NCBI GenBank assembly: GCA_963827235.1 | Contig: CAWHAE010000010.1 | Coordinates: 704,001-768,000, forward strand | Length of the DNA stretch: 64,000 bases | Reading direction: 5' to 3' | From: an uncultured bacterium | Lineage (GTDB): Bacteria; Chloroflexota; UBA5177; JANWHV01 | Part shown: piece after piece, positions 37,517 through 47,395 of the stretch | How the letters are laid out: each line of letters begins with the position of its first letter | Position numbering within the stretch: the first letter of the stretch is position 1 | Notes under the pieces: model-generated | Database searches by the model: none | Told to the model about the DNA's origin: nothing | What the model saw: the letters and a program-made list of their open reading frames with translations, nothing else | Program-made: the position numbers and the translations under genes

Positions 37517-40348
37517 TCAGGCCGGCGGCGTGCGTTCCGCGCCGCCCTGGGCAGAGGTGGCGATCGCCACCGTCAGGCACTGGCCTCGATCGCACAGGAA
37601 GCGCTGCTCGTTCACCCGGAACTCCACGGCCGCGTCATTGGCGATCGCGGCGACGATCCGCACCTGATGGCGGTCAACGGTGATTTCGAACTGCTGGCCC
37701 CGGAGGAAGACGGTGAAGCAGAGGCTGCGCCACTGAGCGGGAAGCGCCGGCACGATGCAGGCAACCTGCCCGTCGAAGTCGAGGCCGCCGAAACCCAGAA
37801 CGGCCGCCATCCAGGCGCCGCCGTTGGCCGCCGGATGCGTGCCGCCGATGTAGAGCGTGCCCACGTAGCGCTTGTATGCCCCTTTGAGATCCACGTTCGC
37901 TGTAGTCAGGAAGTATGGGTACGCCCACTCGGGACGGCCGATATCGGCCGCCACCGTGGCGTAGACAGACGTGCTGAGGGTCGAGCCCTGCTCCGTCCTG
38001 GGCTCATAGTAGGTCCAATTCGCCGTCTTCACCTCGCGCGAGTAACGGCGGCGAAACATGTGCAGCATGGCAACGACGTCGGCTTGCTTCAGAATCTGCG
38101 TCGTGGTGGCCAGTCCGCTGCCACCGCCGAGATACTCGCTCGGGATCTTGATGCGTGACAGCAACTCTGCCAGCGATAGGTCCTCCAGCTGGTAGTATCC
38201 GTCGAACTGCTCGATCAGCAGCGTCGTCGGGTCCGGGGCGGGCACGTAGAGCTGGGCACACATGTCTTTGATGGAGTGGAGCGTCTCGCCGTAGGCGATG
38301 CGGTCCAGGAGCGCCGACGTGAAGTCCTTGTCGAGCCGACGCAGCAAGTCGACCACGTCGAGAGCCGTCTGCAGACAGAACGCGGCCATGGCATTGGTGA
38401 ATGCGTTGTTGGAGACGCGCTCGTGGTACTCGTCCGGGCCGGTGACGTCGACCAACTCGTAGCGATGCTTATCCTGCTTGAAGTACGCATAAGAGAGGTA
38501 GAATCGAGCGCATTCGAGGATGACCTCGGCACCGCCGTCGAACAGGATGCTCTGGTCGCCGGTGATCAGGTAGTACTGCCAGACCGCCCATGCGACATCC
38601 GCGCTGATGTGAATCTGCTTGTCACGGAAGTAGGTGCGCACCGGCCTGCTTGTGAACACGTCCGTGATATTGAAGAGCGTGCAGGCGTCCTCACCCGTCT
38701 CCTGGCTCTCCCAGGCGTAGAACGCGCCCTGGTAGCCATACTCCGCCGCCTTGGCGCGTGCACCCGCGAGCGTATTGCACCTGTACATCACCAGGTTGCG
38801 CGCGATGCCCGGTTGCGTGTAGGTGAAGAAGGGCAGCATGAACACCTCTGTGTCCCAGAAGCACGCTCCCTTATACATCTGGCCGGCCAGTCCTCTGCCG
38901 GGCACCGACGCCCGATCGGTGTGGCTCGGAGTGGCCTGCATGAGCTGGAAGATGCTGTAGCGGAGGCCAAGCTGCGCATCGGGGTCGCCGTCGATCCGTA
39001 CGCCGGCGCGTGCCCAGCGCTCGTGCCACTGCTGCGCGTGCTTGAGCCGCTCCCGCAGGTAACCTGCGCGCATGGCGCGAGTCACGGCGGCAACCGCTGC
39101 CTCCACGGGGTCGGCCGCGCCGTCCCTGCTGCTGAATATGGCGACAAACTTCTGGAAGGCATAGGTCCGACCGGGTTCCGCTTCGAAAGCGAAGTGCCGC
39201 AGAATGCGGTCTTTGCTCGAGACGACGCCGTGATCGCCACGCCAGGTGATTCCTTCTGCCACAACGACCCTGTCACCTTCGTTGGTGCCGGCGATCGCCA
39301 GCAGAATGCCGTCCCGGCAAGCCAGCGTGAGCTGGGCGAGATGCGGACCGTTGATGTCCCAGACGTCGGCGTCAATTCCGGTCTCGATTGCCAGGTGACC
39401 GGCTGCGTCGACCGACAGCGCGAAATCCATGGCCAACAGATGAACGTCGGCGAGGCTGGCGAAGCGCTCGCTGCTGAGCGCGACCGAGATCCCGGCGAGG
39501 TCGAAGACCGATTCGCGGGCGTGCACGCCTCGCCGCATGTCGATCACCTGCCTGTGATCGACCGGATCGCGCGCGGTAACCGCGGCCTGCTCGTCGTTGC
39601 AGCTGGCCAGCGTGTAGAGTCCGTTGGGCGCATTGACGGGCTCGCGCCACGAGTCGCCGGCCCGATCGAAGATGCCGGACATGGTGCAGCCGACCAGGTG
39701 GGCTTTCAGGTGCTCTTCCAGGGTGCCGCGATAGCCGAAGTTGCCGTTCGCGACGATGAACCGGCTGCCGTTGACCTCGACACGCTCCGGGTCGAAGCCA
39801 TTGGCGGCCACGCACAGATCGCGGTCGGTAGATTCGCCAGTGAACAGCGCGGCATCGCAGACGTCGTACCCGGATATGACGAGATCGGCCGCACTGAAGC
39901 CGGAAGGGTCGCCAACGCCCACAGTCAGCATCCCGGCGGCTCCGGCGGCCTGCACACCGCCGGGTTCCCGCGCGAAGACCACCGAGCGGCTGGGCGCGGC
40001 GTGAAGGGCATCTGCCGCTTGCACAAGCAGATCGGGATCGGGCAGCGACCGGCCGAGCGCGCTGCCGTCGACCACCGCGTCGAATAGATCGCCGAATGCC
40101 GGGCCGTCCTGGAGGAGGCGAGCGTTCCTGCCGGTCAGGACGAGCCCGGTGCGCAGCCCACCGCTTCGCAGACAAGTGACGAACGAGACCAGGCCGGGCA
40201 GACGATTGCCAGCGGCGACCGCCTCGTCGAGGTCGAATATCGCGGCATCGAGCTTGGGGAGGCGCGACCGGGCGACCGCGGCAAGCCATTCGTGCAGCGG
40301 GGCATTCGGCGGAAGGGTAGGGGCGTGGGGTGCCTGGTCAGAATCCAT
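37517..40348 (-). CDS. GH65 disaccharide phosphorylase (nigerose/kojibiose-type) with N-terminal degenerate beta-phosphoglucomutase-like HAD domain
   Basis: ANGNFGYRGT.EE, RGLAGQMYKG..FWDTE, HISADVA, VTGPDEYHE, KQADV; N-terminal AAIFDLD..FDAVVDG..PDPD; SD GGAGGAGG. Confidence 0.88.
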   Translation of the reverse strand: MDSDQAPHAPTLPPNAPLHEWLAAVARSRLPKLDAAIFDLDEAVAAGNRLPGLVSFVTCLRSGGLRTGLVLTGRNARLLQDGPAFGDLFDAVVDGSALGRSLPDPDLLVQAADALHAAPSRSVVFAREPGGVQAAGAAGMLTVGVGDPSGFSAADLVISGYDVCDAALFTGESTDRDLCVAANGFDPERVEVNGSRFIVANGNFGYRGTLEEHLKAHLVGCTMSGIFDRAGDSWREPVNAPNGLYTLASCNDEQAAVTARDPVDHRQVIDMRRGVHARESVFDLAGISVALSSERFASLADVHLLAMDFALSVDAAGHLAIETGIDADVWDINGPHLAQLTLACRDGILLAIAGTNEGDRVVVAEGITWRGDHGVVSSKDRILRHFAFEAEPGRTYAFQKFVAIFSSRDGAADPVEAAVAAVTRAMRAGYLRERLKHAQQWHERWARAGVRIDGDPDAQLGLRYSIFQLMQATPSHTDRASVPGRGLAGQMYKGACFWDTEVFMLPFFTYTQPGIARNLVMYRCNTLAGARAKAAEYGYQGAFYAWESQETGEDACTLFNITDVFTSRPVRTYFRDKQIHISADVAWAVWQYYLITGDQSILFDGGAEVILECARFYLSYAYFKQDKHRYELVDVTGPDEYHERVSNNAFTNAMAAFCLQTALDVVDLLRRLDKDFTSALLDRIAYGETLHSIKDMCAQLYVPAPDPTTLLIEQFDGYYQLEDLSLAELLSRIKIPSEYLGGGSGLATTTQILKQADVVAMLHMFRRRYSREVKTANWTYYEPRTEQGSTLSTSVYATVAADIGRPEWAYPYFLTTANVDLKGAYKRYVGTLYIGGTHPAANGGAWMAAVLGFGGLDFDGQVACIVPALPAQWRSLCFTVFLRGQQFEITVDRHQVRIVAAIANDAAVEFRVNEQRFLCDRGQCLTVAIATSAQGGAERTPPA

Positions 40349-40473
40349 GTCGAACGAGCCTCCTCCACGGTGTCGCCGCACCGGCGCGACTCGGTCCTCA
40401 CAAGGGCGCAACTGGCCTAACGACATCCAATCTTCATAACGATGCCAGGCGTGAAAATCGGCGCTCTTCGCTT

Positions 40474-40500
40474 TTGAAACGTTACAAGACATGCTACACT
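40474..40500 (+). promoter_or_regulatory. LacI-type operator overlapping promoter between the divergent GH65 genes
   Basis: Pseudo-palindrome TTGAAACGTTACAA followed by extended -10 TGcTACACT; near-identical copy at 58066. Confidence 0.7.
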
Positions 40501-40607
40501 ATGTACCGGGCCTCGTCAACGGGCACGGCTGGGGCCGGCAGCCGCCACCAACGCCCGCGAGCAGGCGCGACGCGATCGGTCATCCACCGGATGAGGAGAG
40601 CACGAAA

Positions 40608-42930
40608 GTGGCCAAACTGGCGCACAGCTACTACGCCGTCGATCCCTGGTGCATCGCCGAGGAAGGCTTTGACCCCGATCACGGCCGCGCCTCGGAGTCA
40701 GTCTTCGCGCTGGCCAACGAGTACATGGGAGTTCGCGGCTACTTCGAGGAGGGCTACTCGGGCGACACGCTGCGCGGCGTCTATCTCAACGGCGTGTTCG
40801 AAGAGGCGATCGAGGAGAAGCCGCACTATCGCGGTGTCGCCAACCGCATGGCCTACATGGCCAACACCGTGGACTGGCTGTTCACGCGTCTGGTGCTCGA
40901 CGGGGAGACGCTCGACCTGGCGACCGCGCAGCACGAAGAATTCAAGCGCACGCTCGATCTTCGATCCGGTCTGCTCTCGCGGTCGTTCGTGTGGACGACC
41001 GGCACGGGCAAGCGGCTCCTCGTGGTCTTCCAGCGGCTCATAAGCATGGCCGAACCCACGCTGGGCTGCCAGCGCGTGCGCCTGACGCCGCTCAACTTCT
41101 CGGGCAGCATCACCGTTGTGCTGGCGCTGGACGCCTCCATGGAGCACGAGTCGCGGCATCGCGCCATGTTCGCGGTGCTCCGGCGGAGGCTGGCCCACGG
41201 CATGTACCGGATGCTCGGCGTGACCAAGAACAGTCGATTCATGCTGCACGCGGCGTTTGTGGTGCGCGGCCTGTCCGCGGAGGTCACGGGCCGGTACGCG
41301 CCGCCGGGCGCGATCGGAGACACGTTCACGCTGCAGCTCACAGCCGGCACGACCGTCTCGCTCGACCGGCTGGCCAGCCTGTACGCGGAGCATCGCCCGG
41401 CAGCCGGTGCCGAACAAGTCTGGCAAAACGGACTGCGTTGCGCGGCAGCCCTGACTGCAACCTCGTTCGATCGTGTTCTGGCCGAGAACGCCAGCTATTG
41501 GGCCGCGTTCTGGGATAGTTGCGACATCACCATCGAGGGCGACGCGGAGAATCTGCAGGGAATCCGCTTTTGCATGTTCCAGCTCAACCAGACATATCGC
41601 GGCAACGATCCCTCGAAGAACATCGGCGCCAAGGGCCTGACCGGTGAAGCCTACAACGGCCACGCCTTCTGGGATACGGAGACCTACTGCCTGACATTCT
41701 ACCTGCTCACCAATCCCCGGGCCGCGCGCAATCTGCTGGAATACCGATACAGCACACTTGCCCCAGGCGCTGGAGCGGGCCGAGGATGCTGGACTGCGAG
41801 GGCGCCTGTTATCCGATCGCCACACTCGACGGCACCGAATCGTGCAATCTGTGGCAGCACGCCAGCCTGCAGTTCCAGCCCACTACCGCCGTTGCCTACG
41901 CCATCTGGCATTATGTCAAAGTGTACAGGCGACACCGAGTTCCTGTTCACCCATGGCGTGGAGATGCTGGTGCAGATCTGCCGGTTCCTTGCCTCACGCG
42001 GGCAGTGGGGAGCCCCGGAGCGGCGAGTTCGGCTACTACTGCGTGATGGGCCCGGACGAATTCCAGATGATGGTGAACAACAACGCCTACACCAACTTCA
42101 TGGCCAAGCAGACCTTCGAGTACACGCTGGACGTGCTGGAGAGCATGAAGCGCACGGGAAGCGATCGCTACGGCACTCTGCCGGGCGGCTTGACCTCCGC
42201 GAAGAAGAGACTGTCGAGTGGCGACGCATGGCGAGCATGATGCGCATCCCGCGCGATCGCCGTGACGGGCATATACGAGCAGCACGACGGCTACTTCGAC
42301 CTGCCGCACATCGACGTGGACGCCATCCCGGAGGCCGATTTTCCGCTGTACAACCACTGGTCGTACGACCGCATCTACCGCAACGACATGATCAAGCAGC
42401 CCGACGTGCTGATGTTCATGTTCCTGCACAACCAGCAGTTCTCGCTGGAATGCAAGCGGGCCAACTACGAGTACTACGAGCCGCGCTGCATTCACGAGTC
42501 CTCACTCTCGCCCTCGGTGCATTCCATACTCGCCGCCGAGCTGGGCAAGCATGAAGAGGCCTTCGAGTTCTTCCGCTTCGCCACCCGGCTCGACCTCGAC
42601 GATTACAACCGCAACACGCGTGAGGGACTGCATATCACCTCCATCGCCGCCGCCTGGCTGAACATCGTGTACGGTTTCGGCGGCACGCGAACCGACGGCG
42701 AGCTGCTTTGCTTCAGTCCCACGCTCCCGTCCGCCTGGCGTTCCTACTCGTTCAGGATCGTGTTTCGGGGCGCAACTATCCGCGTGACCGCGACCGAGGA
42801 TCAGGCCGATTTTCAGGCGCACGGCGCTACGCCCATAGCGGTGCGCATTTACGGCGAGACGCACGTGCTCGACGGCGACGTGCTCGCGCTGCCGCTGCGA
42901 GGCTCTGGTGAGCCTGCCCGCAACACGTGA
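40608..42930 (+). CDS. GH65 maltose phosphorylase-like enzyme broken by about six single-base indels at 41760-42260 (sequence error or pseudogene)
   Basis: ESVFALANEYMGVRG.FEE, IGAKGLTGEAYNGHAFWDTE, VMGPDEF, IKQPDV, HESSLS, distributed across three frames. Confidence 0.85.
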
Positions 42931-43249
42931 GCGCGCCTGCCAATCCGGTGGCAGAGGGGCCACTGCCGCTTCGGCACGTGCCGGACACGGCTGCCATCGC
43001 CCGTAGACCGCGGCCGCGCCGCGTCACCAACTCCCGGCATCCAGGTGCGCGCGCAGACGTGCAATGAGCCGTGCCATGGCCGCAGTTCCGTGAAGATGAC
43101 GAAATCATGACATAGAGGGCCATGCCAAGCCATCGCCGTGCTTCCCCCATTCTTCCTGTTGTGGTGCGGGCGCTTGTGGCCGACAATAGGAGAGCGACGA
43201 TCAGAGTAATGCGCGGCCTCCGCGCCGAGTGGTTCAGCAAGGGACGACG

Positions 43250-43858
43250 ATGAGTATTCAGTCCGTCAGCAGCAGCAGCGACCTATCGACGCTGCTGGAG
43301 TCGCTGCTCTCGAGCGAATCCGCCTCGAGCAGCTCGACCAGCTCCAGCACCAGCGGCGACTCAGCAACCATCTCCGAAGAGGCTCTGGCTCTTCTCGAAG
43401 GATCGAGCTCGACGGGCAGCACCAGCAGCACGAGCAGCGGCATCACCTACGACGGCAACACCTACAGCGTCAGCCAGGCGCTGCTTTCCATGCTCAACGG
43501 GTCGAGCAGCAGCAGCGGCACTTCGGCGTCCGACATCATGAGCGAGATCAGCTCGATCGCCCAGAGCAGCACCGCGTCCTCCCAGACGAGCACACTGAGC
43601 ACCCTGGTGAAGGAGCTCGACGCCACCGACCGGCTAGACGGCGTGAATGCTCTGCTCGGCGGGAGCTCGTCCAGCTCGGACTCCAGCGACTTGCTGAGCA
43701 GCCTGGCGTCCGACTACTCGAGCAGCACGTCGGACACGACCGCCAGCACCCTGGCAACCTTGCTGGAGAAGCTGGCTGCCAGCTCCACCGCGGCGACGAG
43801 CAGCTCGTCGAGCAGCAGCACATCGACCGCCAGCACGTCGAGCTCGACCAGCTCCTGA
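43250..43858 (+). CDS. Ser/Thr-rich low-complexity hypothetical protein
   Basis: Strong GC3-biased codons (AGC/TCG); poly-Ser tracts alternating with Leu-rich helices. Confidence 0.7.
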   Translation: MSIQSVSSSSDLSTLLESLLSSESASSSSTSSSTSGDSATISEEALALLEGSSSTGSTSSTSSGITYDGNTYSVSQALLSMLNGSSSSSGTSASDIMSEISSIAQSSTASSQTSTLSTLVKELDATDRLDGVNALLGGSSSSSDSSDLLSSLASDYSSSTSDTTASTLATLLEKLAASSTAATSSSSSSSTSTASTSSSTSS

Positions 43859-44394
43859 CGCCGCACCGGACGAGTATATCCCAAGCCGGATCGCGCGAAT
43901 GCGCAGACTCATGCAGCCGACCGGCCACGGCCAGTCAGTGAGCTACCTGAGCGGCCGGGCCAGATTGTGTTGCCGGAGCACGCCGCGTGGCGCGTAGCCG
44001 TACGCCGGGCCATCTCTGCGCTCCGCTCAGCAGGAGTGCGTACCGGGACATTCTGACTCAGCGGCTCGTCGAATCGCAACGGATGAACGGCAAGGAACTG
44101 GCTCGGCCCGTGTGCCTGACAGGCGAAGACGGTCGGGATGTCCGCGGTTTCGGGCGCGGGTGTCACTTGGATTTCACCAGCCGGATCAGATTTCAGGACC
44201 ACCCCGGCCGGAACACGGCGGCGCGCCTTAACAGCCCGTTGGCTACAGTGCAATAGAGACGGCTCGGCCGGAACCTCCGGCGCGCGCTCCGGCGTGGTCG
44301 CCGAGCGGGCGAACCGCATACGAGACTGCCCCGTTCCGCCTATCACGGCGGGACGGCGGCGGCAGATGAGATCGATGCGGAAAGGACGTGGCGC

Positions 44395-44910
44395 ATGCAA
44401 CGTGAACGATCCCGGCTCGCCGGGCTGGCCGGCAAGCTGCAGCCGGCGGTATGGGCGGTAGGCGCGTACAGGGTGGCACACCACCTGCACTCGATGGGAG
44501 TACCGGCCCTGCCAGGCGTCCTCTCGATTCTCGCCCGCGTCGTCACCGGTGCCGAGATCGACTATCGCGCCACGATTGGCAGGCGCTTCGACCTGCAGCA
44601 CGGCTTTGGCGTGGTGATCGGCGACACCGCCGTGATCGGAGATGACTGCCTGGTCCTGCAGGGAGTCACGCTGGGTGCCAGGTCGCGGGAGGATATCGTG
44701 CCCCAGGAGCGGATCCACCCGCTGATCGGGAACCGCGTAACGATCTACGCCGGTGCCAAGGTGATCGGCCCGGTCTCGATCGGGGATGACGCGGTGATCG
44801 GCGCCAACGCCGTCGTGCTATCCGACGTGCCAGCGGGGGCGCTGGCGGTCGGCGTGCCGGCCAGGCTGATCGATCGGCGGCGGCGGGCCGGCGAAGAACA
44901 GGCGGGATAG
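44395..44910 (+). CDS. Serine O-acetyltransferase-like (short CysE-type) hexapeptide-repeat protein; 5' end uncertain
   Basis: YRVAH, TGAEI...ATIG, HGFGVVIG.TA.IG, QGVTLG, HPLIG..V.I.AGAKV.G, IGANAVV..DVP, VGVPAR. Confidence 0.75.
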   Translation: MQRERSRLAGLAGKLQPAVWAVGAYRVAHHLHSMGVPALPGVLSILARVVTGAEIDYRATIGRRFDLQHGFGVVIGDTAVIGDDCLVLQGVTLGARSREDIVPQERIHPLIGNRVTIYAGAKVIGPVSIGDDAVIGANAVVLSDVPAGALAVGVPARLIDRRRRAGEEQAG

Positions 44911-45276
44911 GCGACGCCGGCAAGAGCATCTCACCCACGGGCAAGCACACGTCGCCCGAAGTGGACGGCCGATGGACGGCGCAGGTACACTTCAGGGCAG
45001 GTTAGTTCTTCCCGATACCTTATGCACGCTGAGCGCATCGCCGCGACTTAGCGTGTTGCCCAATGGTGCGCAGCCCGTTGCTCCTCCGGGAGTGCATGCG
45101 GGGGTCACAGGCGCATGATTGGTGCCTTCAGGCGACGCTCCCCAATGGATGGACTCCGGTCACCGGGTGAGGCTCCAGACCCGGATCGCTCGGGGTTCGA
45201 CGGCACCACAAGCGCGAGGGCGTCACACTGATCTGTAGCGGTCACACGGTGACACTGGGTGCGCGGAGGGCCTTGC

Positions 45277-46203
45277 ATGAGTCAGAGTGCCGAGAGCCTG
45301 GCGCCCGCGACATGGGTAGTCGCGGAGGATACCGAAGTCCAGCACTACCACTCCCACTGGGAGCTTGCCTGGCGAAGACTGCGCCGCAATCGTGCCGCCC
45401 TCCTGGGCGCGGCAATCGTGATCGTGCTGGTGCTGGCGGCCATCTTCGCGCCGTTGCTGGCACCGCACGATCCGAACCAGCCCTTTGATTCCGGACTCAC
45501 GCTCGACGGCACACCGGCGCCGCCGAGCAGCACCTTCCTCCTCGGGGCCGATACGCTGGGCCGCGACCTGCTGTCGCGTATTCTGTACGGCGCGCGCATC
45601 TCCCTGGCTATCGGCATCGTGGCCAACGGACTGGCCATGCTGATTGGGGTAGCCGTCGGTCTGGTCGGCGGCTATTTCGCGGGATGGGCCGGCACGATCG
45701 TCATGCGCATCACCGACGTAATGATGGCCTTTCCCGTTCTGTTGCTGGCTATCGCCCTGGTCGCCGTGCTCAAGCCCAGCTTGTGGATCGTGATCGGGGT
45801 AATCGCCTTCGTGTACTGGACCCCGGTGGCGCGCATCGTGCACGGCCAGGTGCTCACGATCAAGGAGCGTGAGTTCGTGGAGGCGGCACGCGCGATCGGG
45901 GCCGGCCAGTGGCGCATTCTCTTTCGTCACGTGCTGCCACATCTCGTGCCGGTGATCATCGTCTACACGACTCTGGGTATCGCCACGAACGTGCTGTTCG
46001 AGGCAGCCCTCAGCTACCTGGGCGTGGGCGTGCAGCCACCGACGCCGTCGTGGGGCGCCATGATCAGCGACGGGCAGTCCTATTATCGAACCGCGCCCTG
46101 GCTGGTGCTCTATCCCGGCCTGGCCATCATGCTCACCGTGCTGGGCTTCTCGCTGCTCGGCGACGGGCTACGCGACGCCGTCGACCCGACCTGGAGAGAC
46201 TGA
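45277..46203 (+). CDS. Peptide/nickel ABC permease (DppC/OppC type)
   Basis: LGADTLGRDLLSR, EFVEAARAIGA, HVLP, PPTPSWG. Confidence 0.93.
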   Translation: MSQSAESLAPATWVVAEDTEVQHYHSHWELAWRRLRRNRAALLGAAIVIVLVLAAIFAPLLAPHDPNQPFDSGLTLDGTPAPPSSTFLLGADTLGRDLLSRILYGARISLAIGIVANGLAMLIGVAVGLVGGYFAGWAGTIVMRITDVMMAFPVLLLAIALVAVLKPSLWIVIGVIAFVYWTPVARIVHGQVLTIKEREFVEAARAIGAGQWRILFRHVLPHLVPVIIVYTTLGIATNVLFEAALSYLGVGVQPPTPSWGAMISDGQSYYRTAPWLVLYPGLAIMLTVLGFSLLGDGLRDAVDPTWRD

Positions 46204-46204
46204 G

Positions 46205-47125
46205 ATGGGCACATACGTCGTCCGCCGCCTGTTCCTGGCCGCCTTCGTGATCTTGGGCGTGTCGCTGATCACGTTCATGCTCGCCTACCTCGTGCCGGCC
46301 GACCCCGCGCGCGTGTACGCGGGATCGAACGCCTCGGCGCAGACGGTAGCGAGCATCCGGCAGCAGCTTGGCCTCAACCGCCCCCTTGTCGTGCAGTACG
46401 TCGATTACGTCGGCCGAGCTCTCCACGGCGACCTCGGCACGTCCTACAAGCTGCAGACACCTGTGTTGAGTGCGATCGAGGCGCGCTTTCCCTATACGCT
46501 CGCTCTTGGAGCGGTAGGCATCCTCGTGGAGCTCCTGATAGGCATCCCAATCGGACTGGTCTCCGCACTGCGGCCGCACACCTGGGTCGATCGCGGCGCA
46601 ATGGGCTTCGCCATGCTCGGCGTTGCCGCTCCTCAATTCTGGCTGGGCCTGGTACTGCTCTACGTATTCGGCTACCTGGTGCCGATATTTCCGCTCGGTC
46701 TCGCCCAGCACCCCAGCTCGATCGTGCTTCCCGCGCTCACCGTTGGCCTCAGCGGCGGCGTCTGGTACGCGCGCATCTTGCGCTCGGCAATGCTGGAAAC
46801 CCTGAGAGCGGACTACGTGCGTACCGCTCGCTCCAAGGGCTTGCGCGGCGTCGCAGTCGTGGCGCGCCATGCGTTGCCGAACGCCATCACCCCTATAATC
46901 ACGCAGATCGGCCTCGACATGGCCTATTTCCTGGGCGGCATCGTGGTCGTGGAGAGCGTGTTCGGTTGGCCGGGCGTCGGCCAGCTGGCCTACCAGGCAA
47001 TCCAGAACGACGATATCCCCATGATCATGGGTACCGTACTGTTCTCCGCCGTGATCATCGTGCTCGTCAACATCGTGGTCGACCTCGTCTACGCCGTGCT
47101 GAATCCGCGAGTCGTGTATAGCTAG
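46205..47125 (+). CDS. Peptide/nickel ABC permease (DppB/OppB type)
   Basis: GDLGTS, DYVRTARSKGL, HALPNA, VESVFGWPGVG. Confidence 0.93.
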   Translation: MGTYVVRRLFLAAFVILGVSLITFMLAYLVPADPARVYAGSNASAQTVASIRQQLGLNRPLVVQYVDYVGRALHGDLGTSYKLQTPVLSAIEARFPYTLALGAVGILVELLIGIPIGLVSALRPHTWVDRGAMGFAMLGVAAPQFWLGLVLLYVFGYLVPIFPLGLAQHPSSIVLPALTVGLSGGVWYARILRSAMLETLRADYVRTARSKGLRGVAVVARHALPNAITPIITQIGLDMAYFLGGIVVVESVFGWPGVGQLAYQAIQNDDIPMIMGTVLFSAVIIVLVNIVVDLVYAVLNPRVVYS

Positions 47126-47395
47126 CGCGAACGCCAACAAACGTAGTTTGTTCCGTGCCTCGCCGGCTTCATTCCCGGCCTGCAGGCGCGGACCGTCCGG
47201 CCCATGGCTCCACAAACGAGACCGGCAGAAGACAGTGCAAGGAGGTTCTCAATGATGGCCTGATCGCGTGACGATTTGTCGCGCACGGCGAGTGCCGTAG
47301 CGTTGTTTCCAGGCTTCTGCGGCGATGACCCGCGTTGACCGCCCGCACCAAGAAAGGACATGCGAATGAGGGGGACGGCTCTTGGCAGACCATAC

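Noticed and set aside
44950-45270. Possible guanidine or other riboswitch before the ABC-amidase operon
   Set aside because: No recognisable consensus by eye; needs an Rfam scan.
47239-47263. Perfect SD AAGGAGG followed by mini-ORF ATG-ATG-GCC-TGA, in frame with the SBP
   Set aside because: A second stop intervenes before the SBP and nothing supports function.
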